Virus record (IMG/VR): IMGVR_UViG_2728369355_000004
Origin: a virus
Taxonomy: Duplodnaviria > Caudoviricetes
Length of the DNA: 64,000 bases
Reading direction: 5' to 3' (one strand)
Positions 1-9,098 of this stretch are shown piece after piece. The notes beneath the pieces were generated by a model that had not been told where the DNA came from, ran no database searches, and was given only the letters and a program-made list of their open reading frames with translations. Positions within the stretch are counted from its first letter, which is position 1; the number at the start of each line of letters is the position of its first letter. The position numbers and the translations under genes are program-made.

Positions 1-165
1 ATGATCAGAAATAGAGTTAAAACGTATAAGCATCGCATCGGGAAAAACAGATATCTGGTCGTTAAAGTCTTTCAAGCCGCAGCTGCTAAAACAGGAAGCG
101 GAAATGCACTAGCAACCAATGCCTTGAATATCAAAATTTCCAAGCGTAAGCATAAACACCACTAA
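1..165 (+). CDS. small basic protein, 54 aa (may begin upstream of the window)
   Basis: Hand-translated ORF MIRNRVKTYKHRIGKNRYLVVKVFQAAAAKTGSGNALATNALNIKISKRKHKHH*; shares GNALAxN with the next ORF. Confidence 0.6.
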   Translation: MIRNRVKTYKHRIGKNRYLVVKVFQAAAAKTGSGNALATNALNIKISKRKHKHH

Positions 166-206
166 GATTCATCCGTACCTTCATTTCCTTGAAGGGAGGT
201 GATCAT

Positions 207-347
207 ATGAGCAGAAGACATTGCAGACGTGATTTGAGAAGAAGAAGATCAAACATCCGTTCGAATCAAAGAGCCGTTGCGCGTGCAAGAGGTAACGCAC
301 TGGCTGTTAATCTGTTTAGCGTGAATGATAGACAACGCAGACGTTAA
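207..347 (+). CDS. small Arg-rich protein, 46 aa (possibly spore-associated)
   Basis: Strong RBS GGGAGGTGA; MSRRHCRRDLRRRRSNIRSNQRAVARARGNALAVNLFSVNDRQRRR*; followed by a terminator. Confidence 0.7.
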   Translation: MSRRHCRRDLRRRRSNIRSNQRAVARARGNALAVNLFSVNDRQRRR

Positions 348-362
348 TAATCGTTTTCAAGC

Positions 363-394
363 AAAAGCAGGAAGGATTCTTCCTGCTTTTTTTT
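363..394 (+). terminator. Rho-independent terminator
   Basis: AAAAGCAGGAAG-gatt-CTTCCTGCTTTTTTTT. Confidence 0.85.
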
Positions 395-578
395 GTGTTA
401 AACGGTACACCTAACTACTGCTATGAATCGTTGAAGCAAGCGGACGAGATCGTAGAATATCAGACATAGTTGAACAGTCGCTACAATTTTGCTCTTTTTA
501 TAAATCTAACAGACAGGAAATGGTGGCTCTCTTTTAGAATAGTGTACGTAGAGAAATTAAACCAGGAGGAGACAAGCC

Positions 579-1118
579 ATGATAATTAAAATGTCACTTT
601 CGAATATGGGAGATTTTAAGAAGTCAAATGAGAATAACGGCTTTATTGTGTCAGGGAGGATTATACCTAAATACGAGAACGATAATTGGACATATATAGA
701 AGAAAGTTTCCCCGAACCATATTTTAAACAGTATGAGGATGATGACGTTGACATCAGTTATATTGATGAACAAGGAAAATCTATTTTTTTATATTATGAT
801 GAGAACGACTGTGTTGGGCAAATTAAACTTTGTACTAATTGGAATGGCTATGCTCTAATTGAGGATATTGCCGTCGCTAAAGACTGGAGACACAAGGGAA
901 TCGGAGCAGCCTTATTGAGTAAAGCAACCGAGTGGGCTAAGCAGAATAACCTTGTTGGTCTTATGCTTGAAACACAGGATGTGAATGTTTTAGCTTGTCG
1001 ATTCTATGCTAAAAATAACTTTGTAATCGGCGGAGTTGATACTATGCTATATTCTAACTTTTCCACAGCCCATGAAAAAGCGATTTTTTGGTATTATAAG
1101 TTTAAGCATTCAAATTAG
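579..1118 (+). CDS. satA: GNAT N-acetyltransferase, streptothricin acetyltransferase (SatA)-like
   Basis: GNAT motif A (IAVAKDWRHKGIG), LMLETQDVNxxACRFY and GGVDTMLY...AIFWY typical of the Sat family; RBS AGGAGG. Confidence 0.75.
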   Translation: MIIKMSLSNMGDFKKSNENNGFIVSGRIIPKYENDNWTYIEESFPEPYFKQYEDDDVDISYIDEQGKSIFLYYDENDCVGQIKLCTNWNGYALIEDIAVAKDWRHKGIGAALLSKATEWAKQNNLVGLMLETQDVNVLACRFYAKNNFVIGGVDTMLYSNFSTAHEKAIFWYYKFKHSN

Positions 1119-1143
1119 CCTAAAATCAAACTGATCAGCAAAC

Positions 1144-1180
1144 AAAGCTCTGCCAACCAATTAAGGTTAGCAGAGCTTTT
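1144..1180. terminator. bidirectional terminator, repeated family (also ~2813, ~14180; same loop at ~17205)
   Basis: AAAGCTCTGCC-AACCAATTAAGGTT-AGCAGAGCTTTT. Confidence 0.8.
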
Positions 1181-1183
1181 GAT

Positions 1184-1225
1184 TTATTTAGAATATCCAC
1201 TTACTTCAAACGTGAGGATGCGATC
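1184..1225 (-). pseudogene. 3' end relic of the secreted-protein family at 14220/16106
   Basis: Reads DRILTFEVSGYSK* versus DRILTFEVSEYSK* at 14220, with the same terminator attached. Confidence 0.8.
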
Positions 1226-1256
1226 ATTTTCAGCATGTAATCCTTTTCTGCTCTTA

Positions 1257-1574
1257 TCAGGAATCTGAAACTGAACGTCTATATACAATAACAGTTAAAA
1301 TCCCGCTAATTATAATGACCACTGTAAAAATCAATAACATATTGCTATATAAATAAGCAGATGGAAAATTAATGATTGGTATAAATTTTTGATGAATAAA
1401 ACGTATTGATAATAAGCCTCCTACAACTGAAATCCCTGTTCCTTCTGATAAAAAGCTTATAAAATTAAGCAAGCTCATTCCTGCACCAGCTTCTTCTTGT
1501 CTTAAACTACTTGAAACAATAGTGGATATTTGTTTTAAATATAAGAAACAAACCACTCCAGAAATAAGATACAT
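1257..1574 (-). pseudogene. tetL: C-terminal fragment of a Tet(L)/Tet(K)-type MFS efflux pump
   Basis: [36 protein letters not shown]...YLYSN matches the Tet(L) C-terminus; only ~100 aa remain. Confidence 0.75.
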
Positions 1575-2463
1575 TCAAGACATGAGTGCAGCCTCCTGAT
1601 ATGTTATGCGCAAATTATATTCCGAGTACAAAAAATAAGCTCCATATCATTGGAGGTTTAATACAGCGCGTATTTCCATACGAGAAAATGTAATGATCTT
1701 TGGGGCACCATTCCAGCCCTCTATGATTACAATATAGAGCGTATATCGCTCTTGTTGTCCCCCTCTTCCAAAGCCAGCAGACGCGCCTTTATGTCCACTA
1801 CACTGCTACCTGTTTTCAACTCCAGTTCCTTCATGTTGGGCCCACGTCATTGGTCAGTAGTATAACTGTAGAGTATTGGTAGTAGCGTTTTGATATCGGG
1901 TAACAAAGCGCTCAACTTCTTTGTTACCTGTCGTTTTCCGTATACTATACAGATCAGAACAATGAACGATAAAAGAGGATACAACTATTGCGCAACAATA
2001 GCGGATTAGACGGTTGCCAAAGCGACACTGAACTTTTGCAGAAGTTTACGATGGTGTACGTGAAGCCATGGAAAGAATATGGGGGCGATATTCCTGAGCC
2101 AGTAGGATAAGACAAGAACTAGCAGTAAACTTAATGTGTGTATTCATAAAAGCCTGTGTCGTCCAATGTCAAAAAGGGCTGCCGCAAATGTTTCCTTGAA
2201 CCAGCATTGTCTTTAAAAACTTGAGCAAATGAGAAATTTACAATGAAATCCGGAGTTCACAACTCCGTTAACCCAGTCTAAACAGACGTATCTCAGCTAG
2301 TACCAGCCTCAAACAGCAGGTCATTCACCAGATTGATGCCAAGATGCCAAAGGCTGAGGATAGCTGCCACTTCCGTAAAACAGTTTCCAATTAAGCGTAC
2401 AATCGCAGCACGTTAGATACATTTAAACTAATCAGGAAATTATCCAAGTAGGGGGAAATAACC

Positions 2464-2796
2464 ATGGCATTTGAAGGTTATAGAGAAGACAAACGAGGAC
2501 ATTGGTTTGACTGGCCATTTCCCTTGTCGGTATCAATACTGTATGTAGATGCGGATGTAGACGTAGATGTAGATGAAACAGAAACGAAATGGTACCTCAT
2601 TGTCGAAGAAGAAAAACATTTGATCCGAATTAGGGATGAAAAGCAAATTGAACTGCTTAATCACTGCATGTATGGAATCTTGTTAAATGACGAGAAGATC
2701 AACTGGATTATTGATAAAAATGGCGGTAGATTTACCTATCACGACAGTGTGCAAGATTTCATCAAATTCCAGAAAGAATACCTGGATATATTCTAA
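2464..2796 (+). CDS. hypothetical protein
   Basis: 110-aa ORF with GGGGG RBS and a short DVDADVDVDVDE repeat; terminator follows. Confidence 0.5.
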   Translation: MAFEGYREDKRGHWFDWPFPLSVSILYVDADVDVDVDETETKWYLIVEEEKHLIRIRDEKQIELLNHCMYGILLNDEKINWIIDKNGGRFTYHDSVQDFIKFQKEYLDIF

Positions 2797-2852
2797 AAGC
2801 CGTGAACAGTTAAAAGCTCTGCAGACCAATTAAGGTAACAGAGCTTTTCGAT

Positions 2853-2885
2853 TTATTTAAAGTATTCACTTACTTCAAACGTTAA
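2853..2885 (-). pseudogene. second 3' relic of the secreted-protein family
   Basis: LTFEVSEYFK* next to the repeated terminator at ~2813-2848. Confidence 0.7.
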
Positions 2886-3426
2886 GGATTTTTTAATATT
2901 TAATTATAGCTGATCCTGCTTTAGTCCACTCTTTTGATTCTAATTGAATCCATCCATATACTTTTGAATCGGAGTTGATCTTTTGTTTTATCAGAGAAAG
3001 GTTCTCATAACTACTGGAACCTTAAAGACTCCCTGTTTTTGGGGCAATTTTTACTGATAACGTATTTTCTATACTCGGTGTATTTTCGTCACTTGTCCAG
3101 ACCAACCGATTATAATAATTAGCATTAAAAGGATTTTCCAAACCATTAATTTAAAATTTCACTCTTTTCACTGTAACAGATACATCTGTATATGTCGTGT
3201 CATCTTTAAATATTACTGATTGTGATAAAACTATTTCTTGATTTGAAAAATTTTTGTAAGTGTCAAGTGTTACAGTTGCTGCATCTGCAGAAGCTGACAA
3301 CGGAGCAATAACTCCTCTCCTTCTTTTAATCTTCGTCAATAAACATACAGCTTAATGACTGTCAAAGTTAGGGGAGCTTTGTCTGACATGAAAAATACAC
3401 ATTTCATTATGTGTCCTTTTTCGTGT

Positions 3427-3621
3427 CTACTCTAAATCTAAACTAAAATAGCTTCCGTTTAACTTAATCGACTCAGGAGAAAACTTCTCCTGAGTACCAC
3501 AATAGTCTATAACCGATATTAAATCCTCTTCCAATGGCTGAAATACATATACTCTTACCTGGCTTAACGCAGCTGCAAATAATTCGATATTCGACTTTAA
3601 CATTTTATATGCGTGGTTCAT
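3427..3621 (-). pseudogene. truncated paralog of prophage gene 16919..17152
   Basis: MNHAYKMLKSNIELFAAALSQVRVYVFQPL versus MNHTYKVLKSDIELFAAALSQVRVYVVQPL. Confidence 0.8.
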
Positions 3622-3813
3622 GCTGATCACCTCGAATAAGCTAGGGCTATTCTGGCTAAATCGCAAAAAAATCCTTCTATAAATATTCATACCATTCCGT
3701 GATTCATTAAAAATAAGAATATTCGACACATAAATATGAAATACAACAAACAAAGACAAGGAAATAGCTGTTTACTTTGCAGGGGCACTTCATGTTTGCG
3801 GATGCTTCTTAAT

Positions 3814-4352
3814 TTACTTTGCGAAGAAACCAAGATCAGATAGCGACTTGACCTTCTTCGGCTTTTTATTTTCCACCTTACCACCGTGGAGAATGATTTC
3901 GAATTCCCGGTTTCTGTTCTTGGCCTTCATGAGCGCTCTAATCTTTGGAATGGTCATATTAGTCCATTCTGAATCAGAAATACCATTACTCACGTATAGA
4001 GCCAAAGTTCTATCCAGTTTATTTTCCGATCATCCTCAGGAACCTCTTGGTCTTCTTCGTCGTAGGCTCATAAACTTCATCAGGTGGAAACAACTCCTTA
4101 TAGAAATCGTTCTAAGAGGCCATCCAACTCCTTAATGCCCTCTTCGTCTACATTCTTGTATTCTTCCTCCGTCAGTCCTTCTACCAACACAAGGTTAAAG
4201 GCTTCCTTATGCAATGCTCAACTTTAGGCCAATCGACCTCGGCCCGTTCTTCTGTAGCTTCCATTTTTCGCGACTAATCAAAAAAGAAAATTTATATTGA
4301 TTGCCGCTCATGAGTTTGTCGTACCTGACGGATCAAAGCAATAGTTCCGATT
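3814..4352 (-). pseudogene. decayed tail assembly chaperone pair (homologous to 38340..38955)
   Basis: SNGISDSEWxNMTIPKIRALMKAKNRNREFEIILHGG is near-identical to the 38340 frame; IGTIALIRQVR and DWPKV remnants with frameshifts. Confidence 0.85.
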
Positions 4353-4576
4353 TGTCACAACAAAAAAGAAGGTGGGAGAAGTTTCCCGACCTTCTTAGCA
4401 TTCATATTTCTATGTCTGAATAATATCATCTTTTTTACGTTCTCTTGCCATGCTACACAATCCCCTCATAAATGCGTCTGCTTACTATGAGTGTAATTAG
4501 ACAAACTGACGATGGAAATCGTACAGTCTTTTCTAAGGCGGCTACATATAATGTTCTATATATCATTAAGAATGGC

Positions 4577-5338
4577 TTAAACAGTCAACTTTAATATAGT
4601 AAGAGTTGTATTGGTAAAGTTATGAAGTTGGGCTGGAGTTGCATTTGCATTTACCAATTGAATAGTTGTAGGAACGACCCCTACAGTAATAATGACTTCT
4701 GCCGAAATTGGTCCGCCACCGTTACCCGTGAAGGGAACAGGGGTAACAGGGATTCCATTTACGGTAAGGTTAAAGTTAGCATCACCTTGGTTATGAATTG
4801 TAAAATCTATTAGATAGCTCCCCGTTTCGTTGATTGTTATCGTTGTAGATGGAGGAGTGAAAGTAAATGCACCACCAACATTAGCTAAAACTCCTGTAAA
4901 GGTAATTGGTGAGTTACCCGGAACTGTGTCAGTTCCCGTACCAGGATCTGCTCGGAAAACACTTAAGAAGTCTGTTATCCCGGCGCCTGCAGGCCCTGCT
5001 ACCCCCGTTGCTCCTGCTGGTCCTACCGCCCCCGCTGGACCTGCTGGACCTACCGCTCCTGCCGGTCCCACTGGTCCTGCTGGTCCTACTGCTCCTGCTG
5101 GTCCTGTTGGTCCGACAATTCCTTGAAAACCTTGTAGCCCTTGCTGGCCTTGAGCGCCTGGAACTCCCTGTGGACCCGGCAGTCCCTGCGGTCCCTGAGG
5201 TCCCTGAGGTCCTTGAGGTCCTTGAGGTCCTCGGATCCCTTTAACAATAACTTTCGGTAACACTTTGACTTTTTTAACTACACATCTTCTAAATTTTCTC
5301 CGATGCATATTCTTCTGCCAACAATAATGTCGAAACAT
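4577..5338 (-). CDS. collagen-like (GXY repeat) spore-surface protein, BclA-like
   Basis: GPQ/GPA/GAV triplet repeats followed by a beta-rich C-terminal domain; exact start uncertain. Confidence 0.75.
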   Translation of the reverse strand: MFRHYCWQKNMHRRKFRRCVVKKVKVLPKVIVKGIRGPQGPQGPQGPQGPQGLPGPQGVPGAQGQQGLQGFQGIVGPTGPAGAVGPAGPVGPAGAVGPAGPAGAVGPAGATGVAGPAGAGITDFLSVFRADPGTGTDTVPGNSPITFTGVLANVGGAFTFTPPSTTITINETGSYLIDFTIHNQGDANFNLTVNGIPVTPVPFTGNGGGPISAEVIITVGVVPTTIQLVNANATPAQLHNFTNTTLTILKLTV

Positions 5339-5579
5339 AATTAATGGTCACCTCCAAAGTCTAGTCAAAGTAGCTTATTGTGCAATTAACCAAAAAGATT
5401 GGGCTATTGACTTCATTTCAGGAAAATAGGCATAGGTCTGACCCTATCGTGTTAGCATTATTACAGCTCATCCTTCTGAAGCTTAATACCCAGTTCAATC
5501 AACCGGTCCAAATCCTACACTGTCTGTATTTTTATATTTCCAGCTTGCAAATCCTTTACCCAAAAAGGGAGATGAGATA

Positions 5580-6014
5580 ATGACTAGATTGTTAGATGCT
5601 CGAACATCTCAAAACGCAAGTTACGGTAATACAATCTCTATTCCCTTGCCAGCCAATACACCCGTTGCCATTGCTGAGCTTGGCTTAGATGTAACGGGCG
5701 CAGGGGAAAACATGCGTGTACAATTATCCGGGATAGCTGAGCTTGCATTTCCTACCCCTCCACCATTCGACTCCGTTATTTCTTTTTCCATTGTTAGAGG
5801 CAATTTCGATTCGCTTGTTGCTTACGCCCTTTACTCTGTAAGTGTCTCCGAAGCAAACCCAAACGCTGTACAGGTCGTCACCATAAATGCTTCCGATTAC
5901 AACATCCCTCTACCACCTTCAAATGAATTGGTGTATACCTTATATCTATTTTGCACAGCAGATGCTACCCGAATAGGAATAGAAAGTTTTAATGCTGTTG
6001 CCTACTCAGATTAA
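5580..6014 (+). CDS. putative exosporium/spore-surface protein
   Basis: 144 aa, RBS GGGAG, beta-rich; divergent from the collagen-like gene; family call from memory. Confidence 0.5.
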   Translation: MTRLLDARTSQNASYGNTISIPLPANTPVAIAELGLDVTGAGENMRVQLSGIAELAFPTPPPFDSVISFSIVRGNFDSLVAYALYSVSVSEANPNAVQVVTINASDYNIPLPPSNELVYTLYLFCTADATRIGIESFNAVAYSD

Positions 6015-6132
6015 AATTGAACCATCACATGGAGGGCAAAGCCCTCTTATTTTTCTTATATCTGTCCTTGAGAGACGATACTTTCCATCTGTCGTTCTTT
6101 TTTGGTATAGTTTACTTAAAGGGGCTGATCAA

Positions 6133-6354
6133 ATGGGATTCATGCTTATTTTTATTGCGATTATTTTTTTCTCACTTGGTATTTTAAGTAAACGAAATCC
6201 CACTTGGGGATGGCGTGCAAACGAAGCCTGGAAGATCAAAGGGGACTCTGAACCAAGTGATGCTTACATTGATGACATGAAATTTAGAGGCTCTGTTTCG
6301 ATACTCTTTGGGTTCTTCTTTTTAACATGTGGACTTTTAGTTATATTCCTGTAA
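6133..6354 (+). CDS. small two-TM membrane protein (DUF6199-like)
   Basis: RBS AAGGGG; NPTWGW...WKIKGDSEPSDAY between two hydrophobic helices. Confidence 0.6.
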   Translation: MGFMLIFIAIIFFSLGILSKRNPTWGWRANEAWKIKGDSEPSDAYIDDMKFRGSVSILFGFFFLTCGLLVIFL

Positions 6355-6359
6355 ATTCT

Positions 6360-6555
6360 ACTATCTGTTTTCAATCCTCAAAATACCCTTATCCAAAAGA
6401 CACTTGCTGTTTAGCTGAAGCTCCTAAAATATCATTTAGCATATTTTCAAAAACAGAAATCTGTCTCTTATCCATAGTTTCCAGCAATCGAACTTCCTTA
6501 ATTTCAAAGACCGGCCTGCCGTTGTAATAAGTAGTAAAGATCATTTTCTCCCATT
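6360..6555 (-). pseudogene. C-terminal relic of a phage HNH protein (homolog of 63342..64000)
   Basis: EVRLLETMDKRQISVFENMLNDILG versus EVRLLEAMDDKEMLVFTNMISDALN. Confidence 0.65.
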
Positions 6556-6788
6556 GTATTTACTCATCTAACCAGTCACCCTATAAGGAAGAACAATGCA
6601 GAAACTCGACTCGTCACTCTCGAGAGTGAATGGTTTAGAAGAGCCAGTATACCCGAGTGTAGTTACTTCGTTTTCTAAGACTTTCAAGACATCCAACACA
6701 TATTTTGCAATCAACATTAGTTTAAAAATTTTCCCCTTGAAAGCGATTGGCGTTATGCTTTCTGTTCGAGCAAACGCATATATAACAT

Positions 6789-6953
6789 CATGCGCTATTG
6801 CTACTTGAAGCTAGGGCTACAATGAAGTATGTACAGGAGAGACTTGGACATAGTAGCATCCAAATAACAGCCAACGTTTATGCACACATCTCCAAAAAAA
6901 TAGAGATGAATAGCATGGAGAACTATGAGTCTGTTACTGAAAATTTATTCTGA
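6789..6953 (+). pseudogene. tyrosine integrase C-terminal relic
   Basis: HALLLLEARATMKYVQERLGHSSIQITANVYAHISKK...*: box II LGH...T..Y motif; no N-terminal part. Confidence 0.85.
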
Positions 6954-7026
6954 TAATAAAATTTTTGGGGGCAATTAGGGGGGCAATTATAAATAAACTT
7001 AATAAATTTTTTTACCTACCACAAAC

Positions 7027-7063
7027 AAAAAAATCCCTCAACGCTTTGAGCGCCAAGGGATTT
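7027..7063 (-). terminator. terminator following the glnA 3' end
   Basis: AAATCCCT...AGGGATTT stem with a T run on the minus strand. Confidence 0.6.
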
Positions 7064-7069
7064 CCCATT

Positions 7070-7120
7070 TTAGTAAAGAGTCAGATATTGATCGCGTTCC
7101 CATTGATGAACCTGTGTTCT
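7070..7120 (-). other. glnA: att core: duplicated 3' end of the glutamine synthetase gene
   Basis: Reverse strand reads RTQVHQWERDQYLTLY*, matching the GSI-alpha C-terminus (B. subtilis RTQVHPWEREQYMSQY); no upstream glnA frame. Confidence 0.85.
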
Positions 7121-7556
7121 GTTTATGTACGAATTTATCGTTTCATCTTCTCCTATATTAGGATAACGATTTATAGAATATTTCATCAGAAGCGTTGTTC
7201 ACAATCTATCATAACTTTTCATGAGTTGGGGGACATTTGGGGGATGCTTAGGGGGACGACTTTAAAAGCAATGTAAGGGGCAAATGGGTGTGAACCATTC
7301 TGCCCCGTTTTGCATACTACTTTACGAAAGTGAATTCATGAATCCACGAAGGGGCTTCCACTATTACAACGACCGGCAGGGTAATCCCAAATACTTGAAG
7401 CATGGATAAGGTATAAATTTCAGCATTCTCTTTTTTTATGTCCCATTTAATCTTTAATCTGTGTATTTGCATTGATGCACGTCCTTTGTCGTATTTACTG
7501 GAGTGCCTCTCAGTGATATAATTTGCACGAATAGACATCTACTGGAGGATCTCTGA

Positions 7557-7769
7557 TTGAAAATCTCCCGTGGGAGATGCCGACTTAAGGAGTTACTCGA
7601 AGAACGTCGTATAAAACAAATCGATCTTGCTAGGCGCACAGGCTACAGCAGACATTTGATATCCAATTGGGCCAACAATCAGGATAAAATGTCGGCTGAT
7701 GTTATGATTAACGTAGCCTATGCTCTCGATTGTAGAATAGAAGACTTATACGAACTGATCTTTGAGTGA
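7557..7769 (+). CDS. XRE/Cro-like HTH regulator
   Basis: LKELLEERRIKQIDLARRTGYSRHLISNWAN HTH; ALDCRIEDLY; RBS GGAGG with TTG start. Confidence 0.85.
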   Translation: MKISRGRCRLKELLEERRIKQIDLARRTGYSRHLISNWANNQDKMSADVMINVAYALDCRIEDLYELIFE

Positions 7770-8009
7770 GCCTGTTGGCTCTCCCTTGGATAAAAGTATG
7801 GATAAACCATACTTTTTATAAATAACTCTACTCCCCTTCCTTTTTTCTTTTCATTAGCAATTATGCCTATAATCGAACATATCTATTTTTGACATGCCTA
7901 TACTACTATTAAATCCCAATATTAGGGTTTTGGCAACAAAAATTCGGGCGCTGAATGTCTCTTAACATTCGACATTATAAGACACTTATTTTCGACAAAA
8001 AAAGAGTCG

Positions 8010-8405
8010 CTATTTCGTAGCAACTCCTGTGAAGATTATTTTTGAATTTATGAAGCCCATTTCTTCAACAACCTCGTCAAATCGGTGGTAAGCGATTGGA
8101 CACCTTTTTGATGTTTTTGTTATTTCATCTTCAAAGTAAGCATCTTTGAAAATACCATTAACGATTTTCACTTTTTCTACATTAAGAGTATTACTTCTGT
8201 CCACATTCAAAAAGCGAAATCCGTTACAATTCAAAAAGTTTTCCCAATGTCTCAAGGTACCTACCATATAGTATGTTTTATCAAATGTGTGAACCAGTAT
8301 CTGATCTCGCTTTCTCCCCTTAGAAATGAAAAGAACTTTGTCCACTTGAACATTTTCGCCTTTTTCTATTCCTCCGGGATCTGCTGATACGGTTAAACTT
8401 AGCAT
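8010..8405 (-). CDS. stand-alone LytTR DNA-binding protein (no receiver domain)
   Basis: 131 aa; DKVLFI...VHT...GTL...GFRFLNVDRSNTLNVEKV matches the LytTR F.R.HRS..VN..KI pattern. Confidence 0.8.
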   Translation of the reverse strand: MLSLTVSADPGGIEKGENVQVDKVLFISKGRKRDQILVHTFDKTYYMVGTLRHWENFLNCNGFRFLNVDRSNTLNVEKVKIVNGIFKDAYFEDEITKTSKRCPIAYHRFDEVVEEMGFINSKIIFTGVATK

Positions 8406-8419
8406 TTAACATTCCCCGC

Positions 8420-8566
8420 TTACTTTAACAATTCTTTTGGTGGTTCGGGACTGTGAATCCATGACAGACTTGCCGTACTCACTGATGCAACCGCAAGTGT
8501 TGTCAACATTGCAGCAACATTGTAATACATACTTGCCTTCACTTTACTTGGTTTGGTTTTCTTCAT
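8420..8566 (-). CDS. agrD: AgrD-like cyclic lactone autoinducer propeptide, 48 aa
   Basis: Hand-translated MKKTKPSKVKASMYYNVAAMLTTLAVASVSTASLSWIHSPEPPKELLK*; AGGAGGTG RBS; H.PEPPKEL tail; overlaps the agrB end. Confidence 0.85.
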   Translation of the reverse strand: MKKTKPSKVKASMYYNVAAMLTTLAVASVSTASLSWIHSPEPPKELLK

Positions 8567-9098
8567 TTTTCACACCTCCTTCTATTAGTGTTAAACTCTG
8601 AACAAAAAAACTAGCAGCTACTACCGAATAACCCAACCACAGATTTAGAGCAACAATTGCAACTCCCGTAAACTTTAGCAACGGATAGTACTGCTTTGAT
8701 ATACGTGTCTTCCCCTCTATCCGCGATGGCGCGTAAACCAAGATAAGTACAATACTTATTATCGACGTAATAACGATCCAATTGTAATTAAAACTTGCGA
8801 AAGATAAAGCAGTAAGTAGAACTGTAGATACAACAATACACATTATATTGCTCTTTAAATGTATCCCTCCTACAATTTGACGCAACACTGAAAAAGATAT
8901 CATCGCTAACAAAGTTTCCTGCATCCTGTCCGTAAAAAACGAGATACCGATAGTCAGTAAAATAATTGAAACTGTATTGATCGCAACGGATATCCCGTGT
9001 TTTAGAACATCTATAGATGAAGGATGATCAGGGACAACTGTTTTGATGTGAGTTGCAATATTAAGAGCGATAGTGTCAAGACTTTTTATAGTAATCAC
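8544..9098 (-). CDS. agrB: AgrB-like peptide processing/export membrane protein
   Basis: LRQIVGGIHLKSNIMC (R..xGGxH....C catalytic motif) and LVYAPS. Confidence 0.9.
   Translation of the reverse strand: MITIKSLDTIALNIATHIKTVVPDHPSSIDVLKHGISVAINTVSIILLTIGISFFTDRMQETLLAMISFSVLRQIVGGIHLKSNIMCIVVSTVLLTALSFASFNYNWIVITSIISIVLILVYAPSRIEGKTRISKQYYPLLKFTGVAIVALNLWLGYSVVAASFFVQSLTLIEGGVKNEENQTK

Larger units (their letters stand above)
1140..7069. mobile_element. degenerate older prophage relic at the glnA site (left boundary uncertain)
   Basis: Integrase, HNH, tail-chaperone and accessory-gene fragments homologous to genes of the adjacent prophage. Confidence 0.75.
6963..7311. repeat. candidate integrase arm-type sites flanking the att core
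   Basis: TTTTGGGGGCAATTAGGGGGCAATT (6963-6988); TTGGGGGACA/TTGGGGGATG/TAGGGGGACG (7226-7258); AAGGGGCAAA and its inverse TGCCCC (7276-7306). Confidence 0.6.

Noticed and set aside
1960-2110. Possible HicB antitoxin relic (REAME...GDIPEP)
   Set aside because: Too short and frameshifted to support by eye
4622-5244. Plus-strand ORFs over the collagen-like gene
   Set aside because: Shadow frames caused by the GXY codon repeats
6965-7276. 103-aa ORF across the att site
   Set aside because: Spans arm repeats, a terminator and the att core; TTG start without RBS
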